Source: an uncultured Clostridia bacterium
Lineage (GTDB): Bacteria; Bacillota; Clostridia; TANB77; CAG-508
Direction: 5' to 3'
Length of the DNA: 59,199 bases
Assembly: GCA_944387525.1 (NCBI GenBank)
Contig: CALXFF010000005.1
Span: 1-59,199 of the forward strand
Part shown: one piece after another, positions 19,636-29,629 of the stretch
How positions within the stretch are numbered: the first letter of the stretch is position 1
Layout: each line of letters starts with the position of its first letter
Made by a program: the position numbers and the translations under genes
Notes under the pieces: model-generated
Databases searched by the model: none
The model's input: the letters and a program-made list of their open reading frames with translations, nothing else
What the model was told of the DNA's origin: nothing

Positions 19636-22600
19636 TAAATCCTCACTTCAATCTCATATTCATTTCTACTTCCGTCTAGTTTAATGTGATTTTCAACCTC
19701 ATTTCCATTTAAAGTAACTTTGCTTGTACCTTTCTCAAAAGTATTTTTACCATCAGGATTTTTAACAGTTATTTTATAAATACTATTTTGCCATTTGTAT
19801 TGCATCTGGTATTCTTTCCAATTTTTAGGTATACATGGCAATATTGACAAATATCCATTTTCAACCTTTAATCCCAATATATATTCTATTCCAGCTTTAT
19901 AATACCAACTTGATGATCCTGTATACCAAGTCCAGCCACCTCTTCCTGCTAAGTTATTTGCTCCATATATATCTGCCGGAATCACATATGGCTCTACTTT
20001 ATATTTGTTACATGCATCTTTTGTTCTTGAATGTTCTATTGGATTTATCATTCTGTACCACTCTAGCGCCTTATCTCCAAAGCCTAACATACTTTCAGCT
20101 ATTATTACCCAACATGAACTATGAGTGTATTGTCCTCCATTTTCTCTAACTCCTGGCAAGTATGATTTTATATATCCAGGCTCTAATTTGCTTTTTTCAA
20201 ATGGTGGGTCTAATAGTTTGATTATTCCATTTTCTTTATCTACTAAATGATTTTCTAGACTTTCCATTGATATATATTTTTTGTCATTGTCTCCCGCATT
20301 TGAAATGATACTCCAACTTTGTGCAATGCTATCTATTCTACATTCTTCATTTTCCATACTTCCTAGTACATTTCCATCATCCATAAATGCTCTTTTATAC
20401 CATCTTCCATCCCATCCATTTGTATTTAATGCTCTTTTTAATTCATTCTTTATTCTCTCGTATTTTTCTGATTTAGTTTCAACAATTTTTTCAGTACCTT
20501 CTTCAATGTTCTTTTCAGCATTTTCAATTTCTTCTTTGCCTTCTTTCTCTTCTTTTTCTTTCACTATTTCAATAAATCCATCTAAAATAGTATATAAGAA
20601 AAATCCAAGCCAAACACTTTCGCCTTTACCCTTATTTCCAACTGTACTAAATCCATCATTCCAATCACCTGAGCCAATCTTAGGCAATCCATTTTCTCCA
20701 AAATTGAAACTTCTTTCAATTGCTTTTATACAATGCTCATAAATTGTTCCTTTTTCTTTGCTTTCTGGATATTTATCATACCTTTCATCCTGTCCTTCTT
20801 CTAGCACTTTTCCTTCAATATATGGCGTTTCTATTTCTAAAATACTCTCATCACCTGTAAATTTGATATATTCTAGCACTAAATATGGCAACCATAACAA
20901 ATCATCTGAAAATCTTGTTCTAATACCTCTACCTGTTTCATCATGCCACCAATGTTCTACATCTCCTTCTATAAATTGATGTTTACTGTGTTTTATTATT
21001 TGATTTTTCAAGTATTCTGGATTTATATATTTTAAAGCTAAAGTATCTTGCAGTTGGTCTCTAAAGCCATAAGCCCCTCCAGATTGATAATATCCACTTC
21101 TACCTAATAATCTACTTGAAATTGTTTGATAAATAAGCCATCCATTTAATAATATATTTGTTGATTCTAGTGGTGTATAAACTTGCAACCTATTTAGTCT
21201 TTCTTTCCATTGATTTTTTACATCAGTTAATTCCTGCTTACAATTTGCAATTTTTTGATATTTATATGCTGTATTTTTACAATCAATTAATTTTTCATCT
21301 GAGCCTAGAACAAATGAAATTTCTTTTGTACTATAACTTTCTAGTTCAACTTCTACTTCATATGCAATACATGCCTGCTTTCCAATAGAATTTTCTCTAT
21401 TTAGACTTGTTTTATTCAAACCTTGCGGATTATCTAATCCGCCCTTTCCTAAGAAAAATTTTTTATCACCTGTATATGAATTTATTTTCTCACTACTTGA
21501 TACATAATTTATCATGTGTGATGATTCTTCCGCATATCTATTTCTTGCATATAGTACATTATTATTTTTATCAAATTGTAAATCAATATATCCTTCTGTT
21601 TTCAAGTCATCTTCACCAATTGTTGGTTTCATATAATAATACAATTTCAATTTTTTTCTATTTGGTGTTATATTTTTTAAAGTCAACACTTGAATTTTGC
21701 AAGAATCTTCATTTGGAACAAATACTTCTAACTCTTGCTCTAATCCATCACTTTTATGAATATATTTTGCATACCCAAAACCATAAACTACATTATAATT
21801 TTTATTATCTGGCATTGGATTTAGACCTAAAGACCATTTTCTAGAATTTTCTAAATCCTCTAAATAGATAACTTCTGAAGGAATATCATAATTTGGATTA
21901 TTCTCCCAAGTTGATACTCTATTTAGTCTGCTATTTTTATACCAGCTATATCCACCCATATTTTCTGTTATTACTGTTCCAAACTTTTCATTTGCTAAAA
22001 TATGACTCCAAACTGTTGGCAATCTATTATCTTTGTTTACTTTTATTATATATTCTTTTCCATCTGGCGAAAAAGCACCATATTCGTTATAATATTTCAA
22101 ATCTTCCCTATTTTCCAATAAATCTATATCTTCTGTCTCATCTATACCTTGTCGAAGTTGACTTTCTTCTTCAATTTCTTTTCTACTATCTAAATATTTT
22201 TCTTCAATATCTTTTATATTATTTTTTAATCCACCTTTATCACTATTTATAACTATATCTGCTATAAAATCTAATAACTGAATATCTTTTTTATCAATTT
22301 CTCCCTTTGTTAATATAAAAATTCCACCTTTTTGATTTTTCAAATATGCCATATGTGAATTTAAGATTGCACCTTCAATTTCTTCTCTTACATAGTTCTC
22401 ATAACTATGTTTTTCTTCATCTAATATTACAATTTCAACCTCAACATTTTTCGTTCTAAAGAATTCATATGCTTTTAGCACTTCTTTTATGACATATTTG
22501 TCGTTTACATTTTTCATTTTTACAAGAATAATTGGTAAATCACCTGATATTCCATACTTCCATAAATCACTTTGCTTAAATACTATTTGAGGATTTGTTT

Positions 22601-25600
22601 TTTCTTTTCTTTGACTGCTTAGCGGATTTGTGAAAATTATATATGAAAGCATTTTTTGATATATCTCAATTTCGCTTCCCTTTATTCTTAGATACCTACT
22701 TTCAGCTTCCACTCTTGCTTTTGATAATTCAAATTCTTTTTTTACATTTTCTGCTGATTTATATTTTTCTAAATGATTTAATACTTGTTTTTCATCTTCT
22801 CCTACTGATAAAATAAAATCTACAATCACTTTTTCCTGTGCCTTTACCTTAATTGTCCTCTTTTCTGCAATAATTGGTTCTGTAACTAATCCTATTTTTT
22901 TAGAGAAAGGTATTGAATTTTTAATCATATTTGGAACTTCTAAATTTCCTCTACCTGTAAACTTCTCTGCTTCTAATTCATACTCAAAATCCCCAATTGT
23001 TTCACTATTTGTGGATAAAGTTGTTGCAACAGTAATTTTAGGTTGATTCTTTTCCCTTACTTTTCTTGTTGTTACTAAACTATTTGTTTTTTCATCATAT
23101 TTTGTAGTTAAAAACAAATTATTAAACACCGGATGTGCATAATCTTGTTCTTTCTTTGATAATACTGGTTCAAAATATGAAGTAACTTCTACTATATCAT
23201 CTTCATTTCCTTGATTTTCTATTATTAATCTTCTAATTTCTACTGGTTCATTAGAACTTACCGTTGTATTTATTTTCACTTTCAAATTATTATTTTTTAT
23301 TTCCTGCTCATCTTTATCTGGCATAAAACTTATTTGATATTGGCCATCATTAAAGCCATAATTTGAACTTATTAAAGTCTTACTTTTTACACTCTTAACT
23401 GCAAAAAATATTCCTTGTGCATAATCTTTTGTAGGTTTAAATCTATTTATATCAATTCCCCTATATCTACTTACACCTTGACCTTTTTGGTTCATTGCAA
23501 CAATATAATCTTCATTTGAGATTACATTTCCAATATCTAATCTTTCTTCTATTTTTTGATATGTTGTTTGGATATAATCTTCATAATCTTTGTATTTTAG
23601 CTTTTCTACCTTTTCCTTTTTCTCTTTTGTTGTTACAAAAGTCTCTGGCATTGTTTCTTGTAACAAAATACTAACTGCATCAATTTCAGGATTTTTCATA
23701 AATCTTTTTTGCAAAATATTATTATTAAATAAATTATTAATTGATAGTAAAATTAATCCTTGATGATGTGCCATATATGTTTTTACTACACTTGATATTT
23801 TCCCTCTTTCTACTCTTTCTGGTGTATAATCTATTGATTCATAAAATCCAAATTTTCCATACATTCCTTCTTGTTCTAATCTTTTCAAATTCTGGACTTC
23901 CTCTTTTGGCACTTCATTTATTGCTAAAATACCACCATAACTAGATACAACCATTTCATCTGCAAGACCTCTTTTTAATCCAAGCCATGGTATTCCAAAT
24001 GCCTTATATTGATAATTTGATTTTAAATCTTTTAGGTTAAAAGCTGCTTCTGATATTCCCCAAGCAATATTTAATTTCTTACTATATTCCATCTGACTTT
24101 TAATCATAAATTTACAAGATTCATCTAATAGACTTCCTTCATAACTTGGAATATTTATATTAGGCATTAAATATTCAAATGCAGTACCAGCCCATGAAAT
24201 CAAGCCTTTATATTTTCCTAATTTAGTAAGTGTTCTACTTAAATAACTCCAATGTTTAGCAGGTACATCTTTTTTAGCTATTGCAACTAGACTTGCTTGT
24301 CTTGCCTCAGATGCAAGTAAATCATAATATGAATTTGTTAATTTATTATCTTCTATATTAAATCCAATTGAAAAGATTTGCTCTTCTTGGCTGTATAAAT
24401 ATGAAAAGTCTGTATCATTGATTAATTTTGTTACTTTTTCTAGCAATTCATTTACTATTTCTTCTTTATTGAGTAGCATTTCTATTTCGTTGTTATTTTT
24501 TTCTTCTAAAAAAGATTTAACCACATACAAATATCCAACAAAATTACCACTATCAACTGTTGAAATATATCTAGGAACTAAAGGCTCTTTTGTTTGTATT
24601 TGATACCAATTATACAAATGACCATTCCACTTTGGAAGTGACTCTACGCTATCAAGTATATTTTTTAGTAACTCAATTGCTTTTTCAAATGTTATATATT
24701 TTAAATCATAAGCAGATATAACTGCTAAAAGAGATAAACCAATATTTGTAGATGATGTTCTTGCTACTGTTTCTTCTTTTCTATCTTCTTGATAATTATC
24801 TGGTATTAAATAATTATTTTCCTTTGTCAAATAAGTCTCAAAAAAGTCCCAAGTCTTTTTACCAATTTCTAAAACATAATCTCTATCTTTTTGATTTAAT
24901 TTTTCAATTGCTGAATGTTTTTCAATTGTTCTACTTACATACCACATTATACATGGAGCAACCATCCATAGAAGTCCTAAAACACACGCAAAACCATTTT
25001 GCTTCAAAAATCCTAACCCAATTGATGTTACACCTGCAAGTACATTAAATGCCATTTGATTAAAATATGAAGCAAGACTTGATTTTGATTGTTTCTCCGC
25101 TTCTTCTGAAGTTGTCCATTCTAATAGATGCTTTTTACTTATACACATTCTATATATTGTTTTTGTAATTGATTTTATTGACACATATGCTTTATATGGC
25201 AAAACTGCTAAAGTTATAACCGCCCTTAAAAAAGTACCTTTAAAACCTGTGATTTTTGGAGCAAAAGTCTTTTGCTTTTGTTCTCCTTCCTTCTTAAATA
25301 TCAATCTATTTAAAAATTCTAAAATATATGGCAATATAGAAATCAGTAAAAGAAATGTAACAATTCCATAAATCTTTTGGTTATATACAATACCCAAAAT
25401 ACTTGTATATATTATTGCTACAATAATACTAATTTCTAGTAAACTTCTTCTTAAATTATCAAATATTTTGTATTTTGATAACAAATTTAATTTCTTATTT
25501 CCAATCCATTTTGTAATCTGCCAATCCCCACGAATCCATCTAGCAAGCCTTGTCATAAAACTATTGTATTTTGTAGGATATCCATCCATAAGCAAAATAT

Positions 25601-27827
25601 CAGAAGCTAAGCCACATCTTAAATAACAGCCTTCAAGCAAATCATGGCTCAAAACTGTATTTTCTGGAATTTCACCCTTTAATACTTTTGAATATACCTT
25701 TAAATCATAAATTCCTTTTCCAGTAAAAATACCTTCATTAAAATTATCCTGATATGTGTCTGAAATTGCATTACTATATGAGTCAATTCCTCCTGCTCCT
25801 GCAAATATTTTCGTAAATAATGTTTTAAAACTTATATCTAAATCAATACCTACTCTTGGTTGAAGTATCCCATATCCTTCTGTAACTGTATTTGTAGTTG
25901 GATTTATTACTGGTTTATTTAGAATATGTGACATTGCCCCTATTAACTCAAATGCTGAATTTAGAATTAAATCAGTATCTGCATCTAAAGTAATAATATA
26001 TTTTATTTTTGGCATATTATCTAAATTTTCTAATGTATTTTCTCTAAAAGGATTCTTTATATTTCCTAACAAATATTCATTTAGTTGTGAAAGCATGCCT
26101 CTTTTTCTTTCCCAACCAAGATATGAATTTTCTCCTTCATTCCAAATACGTTTTCTATATATAAAGTTAAAAATTTTTTCATTGTATTTTTTATTTAATT
26201 CATCTACTAGTTTTTTACCTTCTTGTATTACTTCTTTATCAAAATCCTCTTCCCTTTTGTCACTCTCCGAACAGTCTCCCAGTAAAGTAAAATACAAGTT
26301 TTTACTTTTATTTGCTAGATAATATACTTCTAGTTTTCTCATTAATTCCTGCACTTTTTCTTTTGATTTTACTATTGTTGGTATTACTACCATTGTTGCC
26401 ATTTCTTCTGGCAAACCTTGCGTTAAATCAAGTTTTGGTATTAGTTTTGGTTTTACTATTTTACTTAATATATATTGTATTATTTGTGTTGCCACCTCTG
26501 ATATTGGAATAAAAAATATGATTAATGTTAATATTGATATCCATAAATTGCTAGTTTTGAAGTTTATAATACTTGAAATAATTATATCTATGATTAATGT
26601 TGTGATATAAATTGCTAAAATATATATTTTTGTTTTTCCTTTTTGACTTATTGAATTTTTATCTTTATATTTTAATACTGCATATAATTCATCAATTCCT
26701 TTATCTATTAAATAATATCCTATGTGTGATTTTTTGTTTTCTTTATTATCACCTTCTATTTTTTCTAAATGTTTTTGTGCTAGTTCTAATGTTTTTCTAG
26801 CTATATATATTTCTGAAATCTTGGTTTTTTTAGATATTTCTTTTATAGCATTTCTATAATATTCCTTTGTTTTATTATCCATATTTATATATGTGTTACT
26901 TGGATCTTGTCTTAAAATTTCTTCAACACCATTTATTTTTTCAAATATTTCTAGGAAATTTATTCTTTGAATTTTTTTGATGCTTGTAATACTATTTCCC
27001 ATACTAACTTTTCTAACAGCTATGTCAAAATGTTCTTTTTTAATCACATCTTGTACTGTTGTTCCAGCCATTTCTACTGCTTCTTCTAAAACTTTTAAAT
27101 AACTATATCCCTTTTTTCCATATCTTTTTAATATATATGACATGTATTCTATAAATGGGTATTTCATATCTTGAAAACTATCTTTTTCCATCTTTTTGCA
27201 TGCACTTGTTTTACATACTATATTAGTTTTGTTTTTGTTTTCAATTAATCTTTCTACTATATTTTCTGCTTTAAATTTTTGCATTTGTGAACTGTATATT
27301 CTTTCACACAATTCTCTTATATTTTCTATTATTGATATTTGCAAAAATATCCCTATATTCCAAATTTCTTCCATGCTTAGTGTTTTTTTACTTTGATAAC
27401 TTTGCAATGCTTCTTCTAATTCTTCTTTTTCTATTTTGTTATCTGTGTATGCTACTATTTCTGCTGCTAATACATAGATTCTTGCAAATCCTTTATATTT
27501 TCCATTTGCAATTCCTAAAAAGTTTTTGTATTTTTTTAGTGGTAATTCTTTTTCTATTTGTTTTACTGTTTGTTCTATGATATAGAAGTTATCTAGTAAC
27601 CATTCGCCTGCTGGATGTATGCTTATTCCTAGTTTTAAATGTTCATTTAATAGTTCATATACTTGTTCTATTGTTTTATAGTTTTCTATCATGTTTGGTA
27701 CAGGATATGTTTGCTTGTCACTTTTGTTTTTTAGGTTATGACTTGATGCTATTTTTTGCAAATGCCTATTTAGTTGCTCTTTGTCTAATAACGTTCCATC
27801 TATTTTTAATATTTTTGTTGTTTTCAA
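19635..27827 (-). CDS. Cyclic beta-1,2-glucan synthase-like giant protein (GT84 + multi-TM + (alpha/alpha)6 middle domain + GH94 phosphorylase)
   Basis: GT84 region with LDADTDL, LSHDLLEG and RWIRGDWQ. TM clusters lie around aa 410-470 and 810-990. The C-terminal GH94 signatures are GFRDQLQD, FSDDLLWLP, GSGDWND and GGQYTHSS. The ORF is open from 27872, but the TTG at 27827 has AAGGAG 9 nt upstream. Confidence 0.85.
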   Translation of the reverse strand: MKTTKILKIDGTLLDKEQLNRHLQKIASSHNLKNKSDKQTYPVPNMIENYKTIEQVYELLNEHLKLGISIHPAGEWLLDNFYIIEQTVKQIEKELPLKKYKNFLGIANGKYKGFARIYVLAAEIVAYTDNKIEKEELEEALQSYQSKKTLSMEEIWNIGIFLQISIIENIRELCERIYSSQMQKFKAENIVERLIENKNKTNIVCKTSACKKMEKDSFQDMKYPFIEYMSYILKRYGKKGYSYLKVLEEAVEMAGTTVQDVIKKEHFDIAVRKVSMGNSITSIKKIQRINFLEIFEKINGVEEILRQDPSNTYINMDNKTKEYYRNAIKEISKKTKISEIYIARKTLELAQKHLEKIEGDNKENKKSHIGYYLIDKGIDELYAVLKYKDKNSISQKGKTKIYILAIYITTLIIDIIISSIINFKTSNLWISILTLIIFFIPISEVATQIIQYILSKIVKPKLIPKLDLTQGLPEEMATMVVIPTIVKSKEKVQELMRKLEVYYLANKSKNLYFTLLGDCSESDKREEDFDKEVIQEGKKLVDELNKKYNEKIFNFIYRKRIWNEGENSYLGWERKRGMLSQLNEYLLGNIKNPFRENTLENLDNMPKIKYIITLDADTDLILNSAFELIGAMSHILNKPVINPTTNTVTEGYGILQPRVGIDLDISFKTLFTKIFAGAGGIDSYSNAISDTYQDNFNEGIFTGKGIYDLKVYSKVLKGEIPENTVLSHDLLEGCYLRCGLASDILLMDGYPTKYNSFMTRLARWIRGDWQITKWIGNKKLNLLSKYKIFDNLRRSLLEISIIVAIIYTSILGIVYNQKIYGIVTFLLLISILPYILEFLNRLIFKKEGEQKQKTFAPKITGFKGTFLRAVITLAVLPYKAYVSIKSITKTIYRMCISKKHLLEWTTSEEAEKQSKSSLASYFNQMAFNVLAGVTSIGLGFLKQNGFACVLGLLWMVAPCIMWYVSRTIEKHSAIEKLNQKDRDYVLEIGKKTWDFFETYLTKENNYLIPDNYQEDRKEETVARTSSTNIGLSLLAVISAYDLKYITFEKAIELLKNILDSVESLPKWNGHLYNWYQIQTKEPLVPRYISTVDSGNFVGYLYVVKSFLEEKNNNEIEMLLNKEEIVNELLEKVTKLINDTDFSYLYSQEEQIFSIGFNIEDNKLTNSYYDLLASEARQASLVAIAKKDVPAKHWSYLSRTLTKLGKYKGLISWAGTAFEYLMPNINIPSYEGSLLDESCKFMIKSQMEYSKKLNIAWGISEAAFNLKDLKSNYQYKAFGIPWLGLKRGLADEMVVSSYGGILAINEVPKEEVQNLKRLEQEGMYGKFGFYESIDYTPERVERGKISSVVKTYMAHHQGLILLSINNLFNNNILQKRFMKNPEIDAVSILLQETMPETFVTTKEKKEKVEKLKYKDYEDYIQTTYQKIEERLDIGNVISNEDYIVAMNQKGQGVSRYRGIDINRFKPTKDYAQGIFFAVKSVKSKTLISSNYGFNDGQYQISFMPDKDEQEIKNNNLKVKINTTVSSNEPVEIRRLIIENQGNEDDIVEVTSYFEPVLSKKEQDYAHPVFNNLFLTTKYDEKTNSLVTTRKVREKNQPKITVATTLSTNSETIGDFEYELEAEKFTGRGNLEVPNMIKNSIPFSKKIGLVTEPIIAEKRTIKVKAQEKVIVDFILSVGEDEKQVLNHLEKYKSAENVKKEFELSKARVEAESRYLRIKGSEIEIYQKMLSYIIFTNPLSSQRKEKTNPQIVFKQSDLWKYGISGDLPIILVKMKNVNDKYVIKEVLKAYEFFRTKNVEVEIVILDEEKHSYENYVREEIEGAILNSHMAYLKNQKGGIFILTKGEIDKKDIQLLDFIADIVINSDKGGLKNNIKDIEEKYLDSRKEIEEESQLRQGIDETEDIDLLENREDLKYYNEYGAFSPDGKEYIIKVNKDNRLPTVWSHILANEKFGTVITENMGGYSWYKNSRLNRVSTWENNPNYDIPSEVIYLEDLENSRKWSLGLNPMPDNKNYNVVYGFGYAKYIHKSDGLEQELEVFVPNEDSCKIQVLTLKNITPNRKKLKLYYYMKPTIGEDDLKTEGYIDLQFDKNNNVLYARNRYAEESSHMINYVSSSEKINSYTGDKKFFLGKGGLDNPQGLNKTSLNRENSIGKQACIAYEVEVELESYSTKEISFVLGSDEKLIDCKNTAYKYQKIANCKQELTDVKNQWKERLNRLQVYTPLESTNILLNGWLIYQTISSRLLGRSGYYQSGGAYGFRDQLQDTLALKYINPEYLKNQIIKHSKHQFIEGDVEHWWHDETGRGIRTRFSDDLLWLPYLVLEYIKFTGDESILEIETPYIEGKVLEEGQDERYDKYPESKEKGTIYEHCIKAIERSFNFGENGLPKIGSGDWNDGFSTVGNKGKGESVWLGFFLYTILDGFIEIVKEKEEKEGKEEIENAEKNIEEGTEKIVETKSEKYERIKNELKRALNTNGWDGRWYKRAFMDDGNVLGSMENEECRIDSIAQSWSIISNAGDNDKKYISMESLENHLVDKENGIIKLLDPPFEKSKLEPGYIKSYLPGVRENGGQYTHSSCWVIIAESMLGFGDKALEWYRMINPIEHSRTKDACNKYKVEPYVIPADIYGANNLAGRGGWTWYTGSSSWYYKAGIEYILGLKVENGYLSILPCIPKNWKEYQMQYKWQNSIYKITVKNPDGKNTFEKGTSKVTLNGNEVENHIKLDGSRNEYEIEVRI

Positions 27828-27934
27828 AAATTTCCACTCCTTGCTTTTATGTTTTAAACATATTGTTTGCAAAGAGTGGAAATTTTATACTTTTTTTGTT
27901 TTTAATTTGAAAAATTTAAATTTGTTTTAATATT

Positions 27935-27965
27935 AAAAGGCACTATACAATCTAGTGCCTTTTTC
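27935..27965 (-). terminator. Terminator overlapping the last codons of ORF 27952-28185
   Basis: AAGGCACTA-gattg-TAGTGCCTT plus a T run on the minus strand. Confidence 0.65.
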
Positions 27966-28185
27966 TTATCTTTTCGCAGGGATACAATGCAACGGTCATA
28001 GCAAATCCTAATCCACCAATAAGTATTGTCACCATCTGTAATACTCCACTCAGAATACCAGTAAATGGCATCCCTATATACAGATATAGCTCGGTAACAA
28101 AAGCAAGTGTAAATATTATTACACCTATAGCTCTAGCTTTTAACACCCGTTTTTTCATGTTCCCTTTTTTTGTTGCTTTCGTCAT
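27952..28185 (-). CDS. Hypothetical 77-aa two-TM membrane protein
   Basis: AAGGAGG lies 8 nt before the ATG of MTKATKK. There are two hydrophobic helices and an in-frame CGG. Confidence 0.5.
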   Translation of the reverse strand: MTKATKKGNMKKRVLKARAIGVIIFTLAFVTELYLYIGMPFTGILSGVLQMVTILIGGLGFAMTVALYPCEKIRKRH

Positions 28186-28263
28186 TTTGTCTTCCTCCTT
28201 ATTAAGACTATACTCCCTAGTCTTGAATCTCAACTAATAGTTACAACTATATTATACCACTTT

Positions 28264-28557
28264 TTATGTAAAAATGCAAAGATATTGTTTTTCTATTATT
28301 TTACGTTTCTCTTCATCTTCATAATCTGCCACTATCTCTCTCACTAATTCTTTTTCTTCTTCACTTATTTCTTCACTCTCTAACAAATTTTTTGACAATT
28401 CATAAAACTCTTTTATATTTTCTTCTTTTGTACTACACTCAAAATCTTTTCTTAATATTCCTTTTTTCATAGATATTTCATCAATTTTATCTAAATATGG
28501 TAATATCCTTAAGTAATCATATATTGTATATGCCTCATATTTCTTTTTTGTTTTCAT
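28264..28557 (-). CDS. Hypothetical 97-aa acidic protein downstream of the Rpn-like gene
   Basis: AAAGGAG SD, 13 nt after the Rpn stop. Its N-terminus YTIYDYLRILPYL mirrors the Rpn N-terminus YTLYDYFKLYPYV. Confidence 0.5.
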   Translation of the reverse strand: MKTKKKYEAYTIYDYLRILPYLDKIDEISMKKGILRKDFECSTKEENIKEFYELSKNLLESEEISEEEKELVREIVADYEDEEKRKIIEKQYLCIFT

Positions 28558-28570
28558 AATTTTACTCCTT

Positions 28571-29629
28571 TCAATTTAGAATTTGCTCTTTTTTTAATCC
28601 TGTTATTTTTATAATAAAATCAATGTCTACTTTTTCATTTAACATCTTTTTAGCTATTTCTATAATTCCTTTCTCTCTTTCCTCTTTTTTTGCTTTTTCA
28701 AAATCTCTTCTTATTACCTCTTGTGCGTGTAACATTCCTTCTCTCCTCCCCTCTTCTTTTGCTTTTTCAAAATCTCTTCTTATTACCATCTGTGCATGTA
28801 ACATAGCATCTTCACCTTCCTTTTCTATTAATATATTCTCAATTTTTTCTATTTCTTCTTTAGTTAATTTATCACTTAACAAATATTTAATTTCTTTTGC
28901 AAATTCCTGCCTTTCCTCTTTATCTTTAATATGCTTAGACATACGTTTCACAACTTCAATTATATTTTCTGTATCATTTTTTCTTTCTATAACAGACATT
29001 CTTGCAACTGCTGTTCCTTCTTTAATTGCTTCTTCTTCATTCCTTATATCTATCAAATTATATCCTGTTATCACATCTATACCATTAAAATGTTCAAATT
29101 CTACTTGTACTTCTTCTAATTTATTTTTTGCAGTCCATTTTGCTTGTCCTGTGTAAATTACTAATGGTATTACTTTCGGAATTCCTACCTTTTCTATCTT
29201 TCCCTTAATATTTTTCATTCTAGTCCTAATTATTTCTAAGCTATAGTCTAATATTCTATAAGTCATCAATTTATCTACTTTTGTTTGATGTTCTATTAGA
29301 AAGAAAACTTCTTTTCCTTTTAGCTTATATACTATATCAGCCTCTCTTTTTTCATAGGTACTTGTTATAAATTTTGTATCATACTTTTCTATCATTTCTT
29401 CCGTTAATTCTTTTTTCGGTTTCACATATCTGTTAATTAATTTAACAATTTCTTTATTTCTATTTAAGATTTCTCTAAATAATTTGTCATGTTTATGATA
29501 TTGTTTTTCTTTTTTACCATTACTTACTTCTAAGCTATAACTTTGACTATTATCCTTCAATCCATAATTTCGTTGTTTTATAACATATGGATATAATTTG
29601 AAATAATCATACAATGTATATATTATCAT
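28571..29629 (-). CDS. Rpn-family (YhgA/Transposase_31-like) PD-(D/E)XK nuclease
   Basis: HDKLFREIL, ADIVYKLKGKEVFFLIEHQT and PLVIYTGQAKW motifs, plus the C-terminal helical domain typical of Rpn proteins. Confidence 0.8.
   Translation of the reverse strand: MIIYTLYDYFKLYPYVIKQRNYGLKDNSQSYSLEVSNGKKEKQYHKHDKLFREILNRNKEIVKLINRYVKPKKELTEEMIEKYDTKFITSTYEKREADIVYKLKGKEVFFLIEHQTKVDKLMTYRILDYSLEIIRTRMKNIKGKIEKVGIPKVIPLVIYTGQAKWTAKNKLEEVQVEFEHFNGIDVITGYNLIDIRNEEEAIKEGTAVARMSVIERKNDTENIIEVVKRMSKHIKDKEERQEFAKEIKYLLSDKLTKEEIEKIENILIEKEGEDAMLHAQMVIRRDFEKAKEEGRREGMLHAQEVIRRDFEKAKKEEREKGIIEIAKKMLNEKVDIDFIIKITGLKKEQILN
28691..28828. repeat. In-frame 69-bp tandem duplication inside the Rpn-like gene
   Basis: Units start at 28691 and 28760. 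They encode MLHAQMVIRRDFEKAKEEGRREG / MLHAQEVIRRDFEKAKKEEREKG. Confidence 0.85.

Larger units (their letters stand above)
19302..19642. mobile_element. MITE-like element of about 340 bp built as one long imperfect palindrome
   Basis: The outer arms are inverted copies of the 55-bp GC-rich unit. The inner AT-rich arms are also inverted copies (19379-19400 vs 19540-19561, 21/22). A central 57-nt hairpin completes it, and it fills the whole gap between two convergent stops. Confidence 0.7.
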
